A stretch of DNA of 64,000 nt from an uncultured Verrucomicrobiota bacterium (GCA_903873945.1 CAIQQM010000227.1:781-64780), one strand, 5' to 3'. Counted from the stretch's first letter, positions 48,123 to 56,983 are shown. A program made the numbers and translations. The notes: a model not told the origin generated them from the sequence alone.

Positions 48123-49658
48123 GTGAATTCTGCGCCACAGTCTTTTCTTCTCCTGCTGTCACAGTTTGCTTCAGTTCTCGGAGGCCGGTTTTTCTGTTTT
48201 TCCTTTCTATGCTCGCTTCTCGCCCTGTTGGCACTGCCCCTTCGCAGCTTCGGCGCCGATGCTTTTCATATCGGGCCATTATTCGATGAGTTCAGCCTGA
48301 CGCTTGCGCCCGGGCACCGGACCGAGGCGCTGGGTCCGTTTTATTACAACCAGGAAGAGGAAACTCAGAGTATCTGGGCGGTGCCCCCCTTCTTTGCTTG
48401 CGAGGAGGATCCGGCTACTGAATCCGTCGAATACTCATTTGGTTACCCGGTGTTGAGTTACGCACGCTATGGCACCCAGTACCGCTGGCAGTTCTGCCAA
48501 TTGCTCAGCTTTGCCGGCGGCTCCACCCAGACGGAGACCGTTCGTGACCGGTTCACGCTGTTTCCCCTGTATTTCCAGCAGCGCTCCTCTGATCCCGGCC
48601 AGAACTATACCGCCTTTGTGCCCATCTACGGGCACCTTAAACACCGCCTTTTTCGCGATGATATCTTCATTGTCTTGTTTCCCTTCTACAGCCAGACCCG
48701 CAAGGCCGATGTCGTAACGGATAATTATGGCTACCCGATTTTTCACCTTCGGCACGGCGACAAATTGTCCGGGTGGCAGGCCTGGCCTTTTGCCGGGCAC
48801 GAGCATAAGGAAGTCACGACGCGGACCAACGGCTTCAACGAAGTCGAAACCATTGGCGGCCACGACAAGCTTTTTGTGCTTTGGCCGCTCTTTTTCAATA
48901 ACTATGGCGGGTTGGGGACCGACAATCCCCAGCATGAAGAGGGTTTCATTCCGTGCTATACCTTTTTACGCTCTCCGCAGCGTGACTCGACGGCCGTCAT
49001 CTGGCCTTTCTTTTCCCATGTGGATGACCGGGAGAAAAAGTATCGTGAATGGGATGCCCCATGGCCTTTTATCGAGTTCGCGCGCGGCGAGGGCAAGACG
49101 ACCTCACGTGTTTGGCCATTCTTCAGCCGCTCGCACAGTCCGTCCATTGAGAGCGATTTCTACCTCTGGCCATTCTATAAACACAACAGCATTCACGCCG
49201 ACCCGCTCGATCACCACCGGACCCGCATTCTCTTCTTCCTCTATTCGGACGGGAGCGATAAAAATACCAAGACGGGCGATTCCCGCCGGCGCGTCGCTTT
49301 TTGGCCTTTCTTCACCCACCACCGCGAGTTCAATGGGAACACCCGCCTGCAGATCCTCTCTGTTCTTGAGCCTTTTTTGCCAGAAAACGAGAACATCGAG
49401 CGCGAATACTCTCCTGTTTATTCGCTCTGGCGGTCCGAGAAAAACGCTCGCACCGGAACGGCAAGCCAATCATTGCTTTGGAACCTTTATCGGCATGAGA
49501 CTGCTCCCGCTTCCAAGAAATGCTCGCTGGTCTTCGGGCTGTTCCAGTACCAATCCGCTCCTGAGGGCAAAAGCGTTCGGCTGTTCTACGTCCCGCTGAC
49601 GAAAACGAAAGCGCCGCAATTTTCTCCGCTCCCCGAGACGGACGGGACTTCTCCATAA
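48123..49658 (+). CDS. Secreted repeat protein with ~13 aromatic-Pro-aromatic-aromatic ([WFY]P[FLI][FY]) motifs
   Basis: The ORF spans 48033..49658. A GTG at 48123 precedes a signal-like segment (FFCFSFLCSLLALLALPLRSFGADA). Motifs at 20-45-aa spacing: LFPLYF, FVPIYG, LFPFYS, AWPFAG, LWPLFF, IWPFFS, PWPFIE, VWPFFS, LWPFYK, FWPFFT. Confidence 0.5.
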   Translation: MNSAPQSFLLLLSQFASVLGGRFFCFSFLCSLLALLALPLRSFGADAFHIGPLFDEFSLTLAPGHRTEALGPFYYNQEEETQSIWAVPPFFACEEDPATESVEYSFGYPVLSYARYGTQYRWQFCQLLSFAGGSTQTETVRDRFTLFPLYFQQRSSDPGQNYTAFVPIYGHLKHRLFRDDIFIVLFPFYSQTRKADVVTDNYGYPIFHLRHGDKLSGWQAWPFAGHEHKEVTTRTNGFNEVETIGGHDKLFVLWPLFFNNYGGLGTDNPQHEEGFIPCYTFLRSPQRDSTAVIWPFFSHVDDREKKYREWDAPWPFIEFARGEGKTTSRVWPFFSRSHSPSIESDFYLWPFYKHNSIHADPLDHHRTRILFFLYSDGSDKNTKTGDSRRRVAFWPFFTHHREFNGNTRLQILSVLEPFLPENENIEREYSPVYSLWRSEKNARTGTASQSLLWNLYRHETAPASKKCSLVFGLFQYQSAPEGKSVRLFYVPLTKTKAPQFSPLPETDGTSP

Positions 49659-49754
49659 TACGCGCAACCGCGTACCGCCGGATGGCAACCTGCCCAAGTC
49701 GGCATTAAATGAGGGCCTTGGCGTCATCCGGTTTTAGCGGGTGACCTCGCGGAA

Positions 49755-51635
49755 TTATTTTATTGGCTCGTCGGTTTGGTCTTTCTTGAGGAGGGCGCTT
49801 CGAAGGTTCTTGCGGGCCTCGGCATAATCGGGTTTCAGACGGACGGCTTCCTGGAATTGGCAGATCGCCTCGTCAATTTGGCCTTTCATGGCGAGGGCGG
49901 TGCCGAGGTTGTAGTGGGCTTCAGCGTAATCCGGTTTAAAGTGGAGGGATTCCTGGAATTGGCGTATCGCCTCATTGATGTGGCCTTTCCTACCGAGAGC
50001 GGCGCCGAGGTTGTTGTAGGGATCGGCGTCATCCGGTTTCAAGCAAATGGCTTCCCGGTATTGGTTGATCGCCTCTTCGATTTGGCCTTTCTTAACCAGG
50101 GCGACACCGAGATTGTTATAGGTCCCGGCGTAATCGGGTTTCAAGCGGATAGCTTCCCGGAATTGGCAGATCGCCTCGTCGATTTGGCCTTTCTTAACCA
50201 AGGCGACGCCGAGGCTGTTGTGCGCGAAGGGATTGTTTTCCGTGACTTTGAGCGCATGCCGGAAAAGGGCTTCGCTGTCCTTCCAATACCCTATCTGTTG
50301 CCGCGTCAATGTCAGGCAGAGGACGAGCGCCGCTGTACTCACCATCGACAACGCAATCACATGATGCCGCCAACGCCTAGCCAGTTCGTAAGCGCCCCAG
50401 GTTGCGAGGAGCAGCACACCAAGCGACGGAATATAGGCATACCGATCCGCCATTGCTTGGGTGAACACTTGCACCAACCCGATCACGGGCACCAGGGTTC
50501 CGCAATACCACAGCCAGCCCATCAGCAAAAACGGATATTGCCGCCGTTTCACAATAAAAAGCACTGCAATACCCAACAGCACCCCACCCGCCAGAAGCAC
50601 TTCCCCAATCGGCCAGTGCCCGGGGTGCGGATAGAAAACGGCCAGATCCGTCGGCCAAAACATCTTCCCAAGATAGCGACAGCAGGAAACCAGGGCGTTC
50701 GCGCTGCGCGCGCTCAGTGACAGGTTTTCAACCGGCATCACAGCGCCCCCCTTTTTCTGCACGACGAAGGTCACAACGCTCGCCGCCGCCGAGAGGGCAA
50801 AGAACGGGATTTTCTCAAACACCAGGCGCCACAAACCCGGATTATTAGCCACGGATTGAACAGCCGAAGGTCGGCTTCCCAAGATTAAACACGGATGAGA
50901 AAAGACGAACTTCGAACGTCCAACGGGCGGCATTGAGAACCTGAACCGGCGAAGGGGCCAGTAATCAAGCAGCAACATGACGAAGGGCCACGTCACCAGC
51001 ATTGGCTTGCTCATCAGGCCGAGGGCGAAGAAGAAGAGGGACAGTGAATAGTTGATAGCTGAGGAAGATTGAACGTCCAACATCGAACTTCCAACTTCCA
51101 ACTTCGAACGAGCGGCTGGCGACTCGTGATCCGCGCCCTGCGAGCGCCGCTGCGCATAACGGGCGTAAAACAGCAGCGCGAGAAGGCCAAAGCACATGCT
51201 CAACACATCCTTCCGCTCAGCAATCCAGGCAACGGATTCCACATGCACCGGGTGCAATCCAAACAGGGCCGCCACCATCAGGCTCCGCCAGAGCGCGCCC
51301 GTCAGGCGGCGCAGCAACAGAAAGACCAGAAAGGTGTTGATGGCGTGCAGCAACACGCTGGTCAGGTGATGGCCCCAGGGTTTCAACCCGAAAAGTTGAC
51401 AGTCCACCATGTGGGACAACATCGTTATGGGGTGCCAATTCCAAGCCACAGGATTCAAGAATGCCCATTTTAGGCTTTCAAACGTCAGTCCGTTTTGGGC
51501 GTGAACATTCGAAGTGACGAAGAGGTCGTCATCCCATTGGAGGAAGTCGCATTGCGTTGTCGGCCAGTAAAGGGCAATCGTCACGAGCCCCAGCATTACC
51601 GCCATCAGCCACACCGGAAAACGCGACCGAGTCAT
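49755..51635 (-). CDS. TMTC-like GT-C membrane domain + 5 TPR repeats (paralog 2)
   Basis: MTRSRFPVWLMAVML... with the same conserved motifs as paralog 1 (WDDDLFVTSN, NWHPITMLSHM, VESVAWIAERKD). It starts 1 nt after the stop of paralog 3. Confidence 0.8.
   Translation of the reverse strand: MTRSRFPVWLMAVMLGLVTIALYWPTTQCDFLQWDDDLFVTSNVHAQNGLTFESLKWAFLNPVAWNWHPITMLSHMVDCQLFGLKPWGHHLTSVLLHAINTFLVFLLLRRLTGALWRSLMVAALFGLHPVHVESVAWIAERKDVLSMCFGLLALLFYARYAQRRSQGADHESPAARSKLEVGSSMLDVQSSSAINYSLSLFFFALGLMSKPMLVTWPFVMLLLDYWPLRRFRFSMPPVGRSKFVFSHPCLILGSRPSAVQSVANNPGLWRLVFEKIPFFALSAAASVVTFVVQKKGGAVMPVENLSLSARSANALVSCCRYLGKMFWPTDLAVFYPHPGHWPIGEVLLAGGVLLGIAVLFIVKRRQYPFLLMGWLWYCGTLVPVIGLVQVFTQAMADRYAYIPSLGVLLLATWGAYELARRWRHHVIALSMVSTAALVLCLTLTRQQIGYWKDSEALFRHALKVTENNPFAHNSLGVALVKKGQIDEAICQFREAIRLKPDYAGTYNNLGVALVKKGQIEEAINQYREAICLKPDDADPYNNLGAALGRKGHINEAIRQFQESLHFKPDYAEAHYNLGTALAMKGQIDEAICQFQEAVRLKPDYAEARKNLRSALLKKDQTDEPIK
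51072..51110. repeat. Heptanucleotide array, AACTTCC family (~5.5 degenerate units, 2 perfect) inside paralog 2
   Basis: aacgtcc aacatcg aacttcc aacttcc aacttcg aacg. Encodes the loop ...SKLEVGSSMLDVQ... on the minus strand. Confidence 0.75.
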
Positions 51636-51636
51636 A

Positions 51637-53382
51637 TTACCTTATACCCCCGTCGCGCTTGCCTTTCCTGCCAAGCGCGAAACCCAAGTTGTTCCGGGCG
51701 TTGGCGTGATCCGGTTTCAGGCGGAGGGCTTCCCGGAATTGGATAATGGCCTCCTCGGTTTGGCCTTTCATGCCAAGGGCGGTTCCGAGATTGTTGTGAA
51801 CCTCGGGGTCATCCGGTTTCAGGCGGAGGGCTTCCTGAAATTGGATGATGGCCTCGTCGATTTGCCCTCTCTTGACGAGGCCGACGCCGAGATTGTCGTG
51901 GGCGTCGGCGTAATCCGGGTTCAGGCGGATAGCTTCATGGAATTGGATGATGGCTTCGTCAGTTTGTCCTTTTATGCCAAGGGCGGTGCCGAGGTTGTAA
52001 TGAGCGACGTAATTGTTCTCCGTGACTTCGAGCGCATGCCGAAAGAGGGTTTCACTGTCCTGCCAATAACCAATCTGTTGCCGCGTCAACGCGAGGCAAA
52101 GGACGAGCGCCGCCGAACCCGCCATGGACAACGCAATCACATGATACCGCCAGCGCCTGGTCGGTTCGTAAGCGCCCCAGACCGCGAACATCAGCATTCC
52201 CAGAGATGGAAGATAAGTATGCCGATCCGCCATCGCTTGTGAGCCCGTCTGTACGAATCCGATCACCGGCACCAGCATTCCGCAAAACCACAGCCACCCA
52301 ATCAGCAAAAACGGATAGCGCCGCCGCTTTATAAAAAGAATCACCGAAATGCCCAAGATCAACACACCAGCCAGAAACACCTCCTCAATTGGCCATTCCC
52401 CAGGGTGTGGATAGAGAACAGCCATATCCTTAGGCCAGAAGATATTTCCCAAATAGCGGCAGTAGGAAACCAGGGCGTTCGCGCTGCGCAGGCCGAGTGG
52501 CAAGCTTCCGCCTGCCACAATGGAGCCTCCGACCTTCTGCACCACAAAGGTCACGACGCTCGCCGCCGCAGCGAGGGCAAAGAACGGGATTTTCTCCGCC
52601 ATCAAGCGCCAAATAATTGAGAGTCGAGAGTCGAGAGTCGAAAATTCAAAGCGACGCAGAGGCCAATAATCGAGCAGCAACATGGCAAAGGGCCACGTTA
52701 CCAGTATCGGCTTGCTCATCAGGCCGCATGTGAAAAAGAATAACGACAGCCAGTAATGGACGGACGTGAGAGGGCGAAGGTAGGAGGATGGATTCAGAGA
52801 ATCCCCACTCGCCACTCGCCACTCGCCACTCGTGACTTTCTGTGCGTAACGGGCGTAAAAAATGAGCGCGAGCAACCCGAAGCACGCGCTCAACACGTCC
52901 TTCCGCTCCGCCACCCACGCAACCGATTCCACATGTAACGGGTGTAACCCAAACAGCGCCGCCACCATCAGGCTCCGCCAGAACGCACCGGTCAGCTGTC
53001 GGAACAACGCGAAGACCAGTGCGGCGTTGAGGGCGTGAAACAGCACGTTCGTCAAATGATGGCCCCATGGATTCAAACCGAAGAGTTGGCAATTCACCAT
53101 ATGGGACAGCACCGTTAAGGGGTGCCAATTGCAGGACACAGGGTTCAGGAAAGCCCATTTCACGCCCTCCCAGTTCAGATCGCCCAGAACATGCGGATTC
53201 GCAGTGACATAGTCCGGATCATCGGTGTTGACGAAGTCACATCGCGTTGCCGGCCAGTAAAGGGCAATCGTCACTAGCACCAGCAATGCCGCAGCCAACC
53301 ACACGGGGAAACGCGACTCCCCCATTGTCGTGGCAAGTGACATCGTCGGTGCGGGGTTGGATTTGGTCACTGGGCTGCACAT
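51637..53382 (-). CDS. TMTC-like GT-C membrane domain + 4 TPR repeats (paralog 3)
   Basis: The ATG at 53382 gives MCSPVTKSNPAPTM..ESRFPVWLAAALL. Conserved motifs TDDPDYVTAN, NWHPLTVLSHM, VESVAWVAERKD. Confidence 0.8.
   Translation of the reverse strand: MCSPVTKSNPAPTMSLATTMGESRFPVWLAAALLVLVTIALYWPATRCDFVNTDDPDYVTANPHVLGDLNWEGVKWAFLNPVSCNWHPLTVLSHMVNCQLFGLNPWGHHLTNVLFHALNAALVFALFRQLTGAFWRSLMVAALFGLHPLHVESVAWVAERKDVLSACFGLLALIFYARYAQKVTSGEWRVASGDSLNPSSYLRPLTSVHYWLSLFFFTCGLMSKPILVTWPFAMLLLDYWPLRRFEFSTLDSRLSIIWRLMAEKIPFFALAAAASVVTFVVQKVGGSIVAGGSLPLGLRSANALVSYCRYLGNIFWPKDMAVLYPHPGEWPIEEVFLAGVLILGISVILFIKRRRYPFLLIGWLWFCGMLVPVIGFVQTGSQAMADRHTYLPSLGMLMFAVWGAYEPTRRWRYHVIALSMAGSAALVLCLALTRQQIGYWQDSETLFRHALEVTENNYVAHYNLGTALGIKGQTDEAIIQFHEAIRLNPDYADAHDNLGVGLVKRGQIDEAIIQFQEALRLKPDDPEVHNNLGTALGMKGQTEEAIIQFREALRLKPDHANARNNLGFALGRKGKRDGGIR
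52619..52641. repeat. Perfect heptanucleotide array (GAGAGTC x3.3) inside paralog 3
   Basis: gagagtc gagagtc gagagtc ga. Encodes FSTLDSRLS in the second variable loop. Confidence 0.85.
52805..52832. repeat. Perfect heptanucleotide array (CCACTCG x4; CGAGTGG on the coding strand) inside paralog 3
   Basis: ccactcg x4 = 28 nt. Encodes SGEWRVASG in the first variable loop. Confidence 0.85.
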
Positions 53383-53438
53383 AGGATTCCCTGGATTACT
53401 GCTCAGCCTTAGCTGGTTGGGAACTTTGGCACACCCAT

Positions 53439-53468
53439 TTTTTAGCTGGAAAGGTGTCGCGTTGACAA
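53439..53468 (-). promoter_or_regulatory. Putative sigma70-type promoter (TTGTCA-18 nt-TAAAAA) upstream of paralog 3
   Basis: Same architecture and spacing as 23597..23626. The downstream leader shares AAGGCTGAGCAGTAA with paralog 1. Confidence 0.3.
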
Positions 53469-53660
53469 GCCTGACCGCTCAGCTCTCAACTGCCCCAATC
53501 AATTCCCGGCTAAAGCCCGTTGTCAAAGAACAAAATTCATTAGCTTCACTTTTTCCACCCGGAGAGGCATCTTTCCGTCATGCCCCGATGCCCGGGGCGC
53601 CTTTTGGCGAACCTCATGGCCGATCCGCTGCGGTCGCGATAAGCCGGTTCAGCAAAAACT

Positions 53661-54419
53661 ATGTTCGAACTGTGGCAGCTGCCGCTCCTGGTCGGAACCG
53701 GGTTGGTCGCCGGATTCGTGGATTCCATTGCTGGTGGCGGCGGGTTGATTACCGTTCCTGTGTTGCTGAGCTTGGGTTTGGATCCCCGGCACACCCTTGG
53801 CACGAACAAGCTGCAGGCGACGTTCGGCGCTACCAGCGCCACCTGGCATTACGCGGACGCCAAAACCGTTTCGCTCAAGGATTGCGGGCGGGGGTTCCTG
53901 CTTTCAATGCTTGGCGCGGCGCTGGGCACACTCGCCGTGCAGCGGGTGGCCCCGGCATTTCTGCAACGCGCGATTCCCATCCTGCTGATCGTTGCGGCGA
54001 TTTACACCCTCCTGAAACCGCGTCTTGGCGAAAAAGACCTGCATCCCCGCATGGCGCGCGGCTGGTTTGACCTTCTGTTCGGGTTGTCCCTCGGGTTTTA
54101 CGACGGCTTTTTCGGTCCGGGCGTTGGCACCTTCTGGACGATGGCGTTCATGCTCGGGCTTGGCTTAAACATGACCCGGGCAACCGGCCACACCAAGGTA
54201 ATGAACTTGGCCAGCAACGCCAGCTCGCTCGCCTTTTTTCTCCTGGGCGGAAACGTTTACTTCGGCATGGGCTTGGCAATGGGTGTCGGGGAGCTTCTGG
54301 GCGCAAGGATGGGGTCGCGCATGGTGATTGTCCGCGGCACGAAATTCATCCGGCCGATTTTTATCGCCGTGGTCCTTGCCCTCACTCTGAAGCTCCTGTA
54401 CGACAGCCGTCTGAAATAG
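53661..54419 (+). CDS. TSUP-family (TauE/SafE-like) membrane transporter
   Basis: 252 aa. LVAGFVDSIAGGGGLITVPVLL and a second-half repeat. 7-8 TM segments. Confidence 0.85.
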   Translation: MFELWQLPLLVGTGLVAGFVDSIAGGGGLITVPVLLSLGLDPRHTLGTNKLQATFGATSATWHYADAKTVSLKDCGRGFLLSMLGAALGTLAVQRVAPAFLQRAIPILLIVAAIYTLLKPRLGEKDLHPRMARGWFDLLFGLSLGFYDGFFGPGVGTFWTMAFMLGLGLNMTRATGHTKVMNLASNASSLAFFLLGGNVYFGMGLAMGVGELLGARMGSRMVIVRGTKFIRPIFIAVVLALTLKLLYDSRLK

Positions 54420-54638
54420 TCCGCAGGCCGGGCAGCGGCACGGAACCAGGGCAGATTCTTTTTGCAGAACTCCCTTTACAACTTATGCTCAGTGGAGGTA
54501 GTGTGCGCCGGGTGCCACCGGGTGATGCCGGCTGGCAGTGGACCGACAGCGAATGCGATTGGAAAACGTCGGAATGCATGGAATAACGTCAAATAGCGCT
54601 GGATTTCATTGAGCAGCGCTGAATAACGAAAAAACTTT

Positions 54639-55082
54639 ATGCGGAACACATTCCTCTTTCTCGCAACTCCGTTGATTGCCGGAGTAATGGCAACTGGTTG
54701 TGCCAACACGGAAAAAAAATTCGGGCGCGGCGTGAGCAACACATGCGAAATTGTCCGGATGGGAGAACTGCGCCGGAGCGTGGAGCAAACCACATTGTTT
54801 GACGGATCCTCCGCGGGTTGCACCACGGGTCTTTTTCGCGGGTTGACCCGCACGCTGGCGCGAACAGGAGTTGGCGTGTATGAAATCGCGACCGCCCCGC
54901 TTCCGCCTTATGGCCCCGTTTTTACGGACTACTTGGCTCCAAACCCAGTGTGGCCGGATAGCTACAAACCCGGCATCATAGAAGATTCCACGTTTGCCAC
55001 AGACACCCAACTGGGCTTTTCCGGAGGAGATGTGGCGCCTTTCGTGCCTGGCAGCCGTTTTTCAATTTTTAGCGCTCCATAA
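54639..55082 (+). CDS. Small secreted lipoprotein resembling the exosortase system-associated TIGR04073 family
   Basis: Signal peptide plus lipobox (MATGCANTE). KFGRGVSNTCEI...GLFRGLTRTLARTGVGVYEIATAPLPPY matches my recollection of the KLGRG..N...E / RT..G.YE..TFP pattern. Confidence 0.5.
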   Translation: MRNTFLFLATPLIAGVMATGCANTEKKFGRGVSNTCEIVRMGELRRSVEQTTLFDGSSAGCTTGLFRGLTRTLARTGVGVYEIATAPLPPYGPVFTDYLAPNPVWPDSYKPGIIEDSTFATDTQLGFSGGDVAPFVPGSRFSIFSAP

Positions 55083-55184
55083 ACCCGGGGAGCAGTGACA
55101 ATTTTGATGGCGTCAGCATTGAGTTGTTGGCGCCTTTTTCTATTATACGGGCCAAGTTAAATTCCTAGATACTGGAAGAAGCAA

Positions 55185-56057
55185 ATGGCGCTGGAGAAGA
55201 CATCCGCCTGCAAAGTCAACCTGTTGCTGAATATTCTCGGCAAACGGGCGGATGGTTTTCACGAGCTTGAGAGCGTGATGCATCCGGTTCAGGTTTACGA
55301 CCAGTTAAGCTTTACACGAACAAGCCGGGGCATTCAGTTGACCTGCAGTGGAGCCGGCCTGCCGACGGATTCGCAAAATCTGGCTTATCGAGCGGCTGAT
55401 CTGTTCCTGCGCGCCGCAAAAATTAAAGACGGTGTTCGCATCCATCTAAAAAAAAAGATCCCGCTGGCGGCGGGTTTGGGCGGGGGCAGCAGCAACGCAG
55501 CGACCACGTTGCTTGGGTTGAACGAACTCTTTGGCGGGTCGCTCACGCTGGAACAGTTGCAACAAATAGGAGCGTTTTTGGGCTCCGACGTTCCGTTTTT
55601 CCTGCAAAGCAAACCGGCGCTGGCAACCGGGCGCGGAGAGAAGATTCAACCGCTTGATTGTTTTTCCACTCTGCGCGGGTGCGCATTTCTACTGGTTCAT
55701 CCCGGTTTTGGCATTGCCACGGCCTGGGCCTATCAACAGCTGGCACGTTTTCCAGATGCGTTAAATGGCCGGGCCGGGCGCGCACAGCAACTCGTCTCCC
55801 GGTTGGGGGCCGGCGACCTTGAGACGGCTGGAACGGAGTTCTACAATTCGCTTGAAGCACCTGCGCTTGATAAGTATCCGGTGTTGGCCCTGTTTCAAGA
55901 CTTTCTCCGCGCAAACGGCGCGGTTGCAACTCTTATGTCCGGCAGCGGGTCAACGACTTTCGCTGTGGCGCATAACCTGAGCGCTGCGGAAGAGTTGGCT
56001 GAAAGGTTCAAAGCCAAATTCGGTCAAGCGAGCTGGATAGCAGTGGTGCCGGCTTGA
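55185..56057 (+). CDS. ispE: 4-diphosphocytidyl-2-C-methyl-D-erythritol kinase
   Basis: ACKVNLLLNILGKRADGFHEL N-terminus and the GHMP kinase motif PLAAGLGGGSSNAA. Confidence 0.9.
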   Translation: MALEKTSACKVNLLLNILGKRADGFHELESVMHPVQVYDQLSFTRTSRGIQLTCSGAGLPTDSQNLAYRAADLFLRAAKIKDGVRIHLKKKIPLAAGLGGGSSNAATTLLGLNELFGGSLTLEQLQQIGAFLGSDVPFFLQSKPALATGRGEKIQPLDCFSTLRGCAFLLVHPGFGIATAWAYQQLARFPDALNGRAGRAQQLVSRLGAGDLETAGTEFYNSLEAPALDKYPVLALFQDFLRANGAVATLMSGSGSTTFAVAHNLSAAEELAERFKAKFGQASWIAVVPA

Positions 56058-56065
56058 TCGGTTCG

Positions 56066-56839
56066 CTACCCGTGTCGCGGGGTTTCCAGCGCTTTTGGTG
56101 GATCCTCGATCTTTTTCCGAGCTTTCTTCAGCCGCGGTTCCCAATCGGCCCAACTGGGCACCCATGCTTCACCCGCGAACATGGCCCGCGCCTCTTGCCA
56201 CAGATTCTGGAGCGCAACCAATTCCTTACGCGCGTTACCGCGTTCTCCCCATTTCAAATATGTCTCCAAAAGGTTCAATCGGTTCTCAGGAAACTGCGGG
56301 GCAAGTTCTGCAGCGTGTTCCAGGTGTTGCCGGGCCTTGCTGCGGTTGCCGATGCTAATCACAGAGGGGGCGTCGCGGTAAAGCAATCCAAGACCACGAT
56401 CCGGCCCCGCATAGTCATAAGACTCGTCCAACGAACGCGCGATGCGAAATTCGGCCTGAATCTGATCCACCATATTGAGGGCGCTCATGCGTTTGGTTCG
56501 CGCCAGTTGGCCAAGATTAGCCGCCAAATAGTAATGGGCTGGAGCCGAGTTAGACTTGCTGGCGATGGCTTCACGGCACGCGGCGATTCCTTGTTGCGAA
56601 ATTTCCGCGCGCTCGGTGTGGTTGGTCGCATAATCGGCCAAATTGAAACATGCGCGACCGAATTGCCAGGCGGTTTCAGCGCTGTGCCGGGCCGTCTCGT
56701 AGCGCGTTCGCGCTTCCCGGCAGGCCTTTTTAGCCGCGGCAGCGAAAGCTTCCGGTGGTGACTGGGGAACTGCAGGAGCTGAGTCGTCTTGAGCGTAGAG
56801 ACCCAGGCAAGCCTGGAACCAGAGCGCAAACGCAACCAT
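56066..56839 (-). CDS. Hypothetical secreted helical-repeat (TPR/TatT-like) protein
   Basis: The internal ATG at 56839 gives a signal-like MVAFALWFQACLGLYAQ. The remainder is helical-repeat-like. The ORF extends to 56941. Confidence 0.45.
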   Translation of the reverse strand: MVAFALWFQACLGLYAQDDSAPAVPQSPPEAFAAAAKKACREARTRYETARHSAETAWQFGRACFNLADYATNHTERAEISQQGIAACREAIASKSNSAPAHYYLAANLGQLARTKRMSALNMVDQIQAEFRIARSLDESYDYAGPDRGLGLLYRDAPSVISIGNRSKARQHLEHAAELAPQFPENRLNLLETYLKWGERGNARKELVALQNLWQEARAMFAGEAWVPSWADWEPRLKKARKKIEDPPKALETPRHG

Positions 56840-56983
56840 CCCAACGCGAAAATAGCGACCCGGACAGGAGCGGGACCCCGGCGCCGCCGGCCGGTCGAAG
56901 CCAGGGCCAACAGGTCCTGAATTAGAAGTTGCGAACCGCACGACCCAGTTTATACTGGCGGATTAGTGAGATTAAAATGGAAA

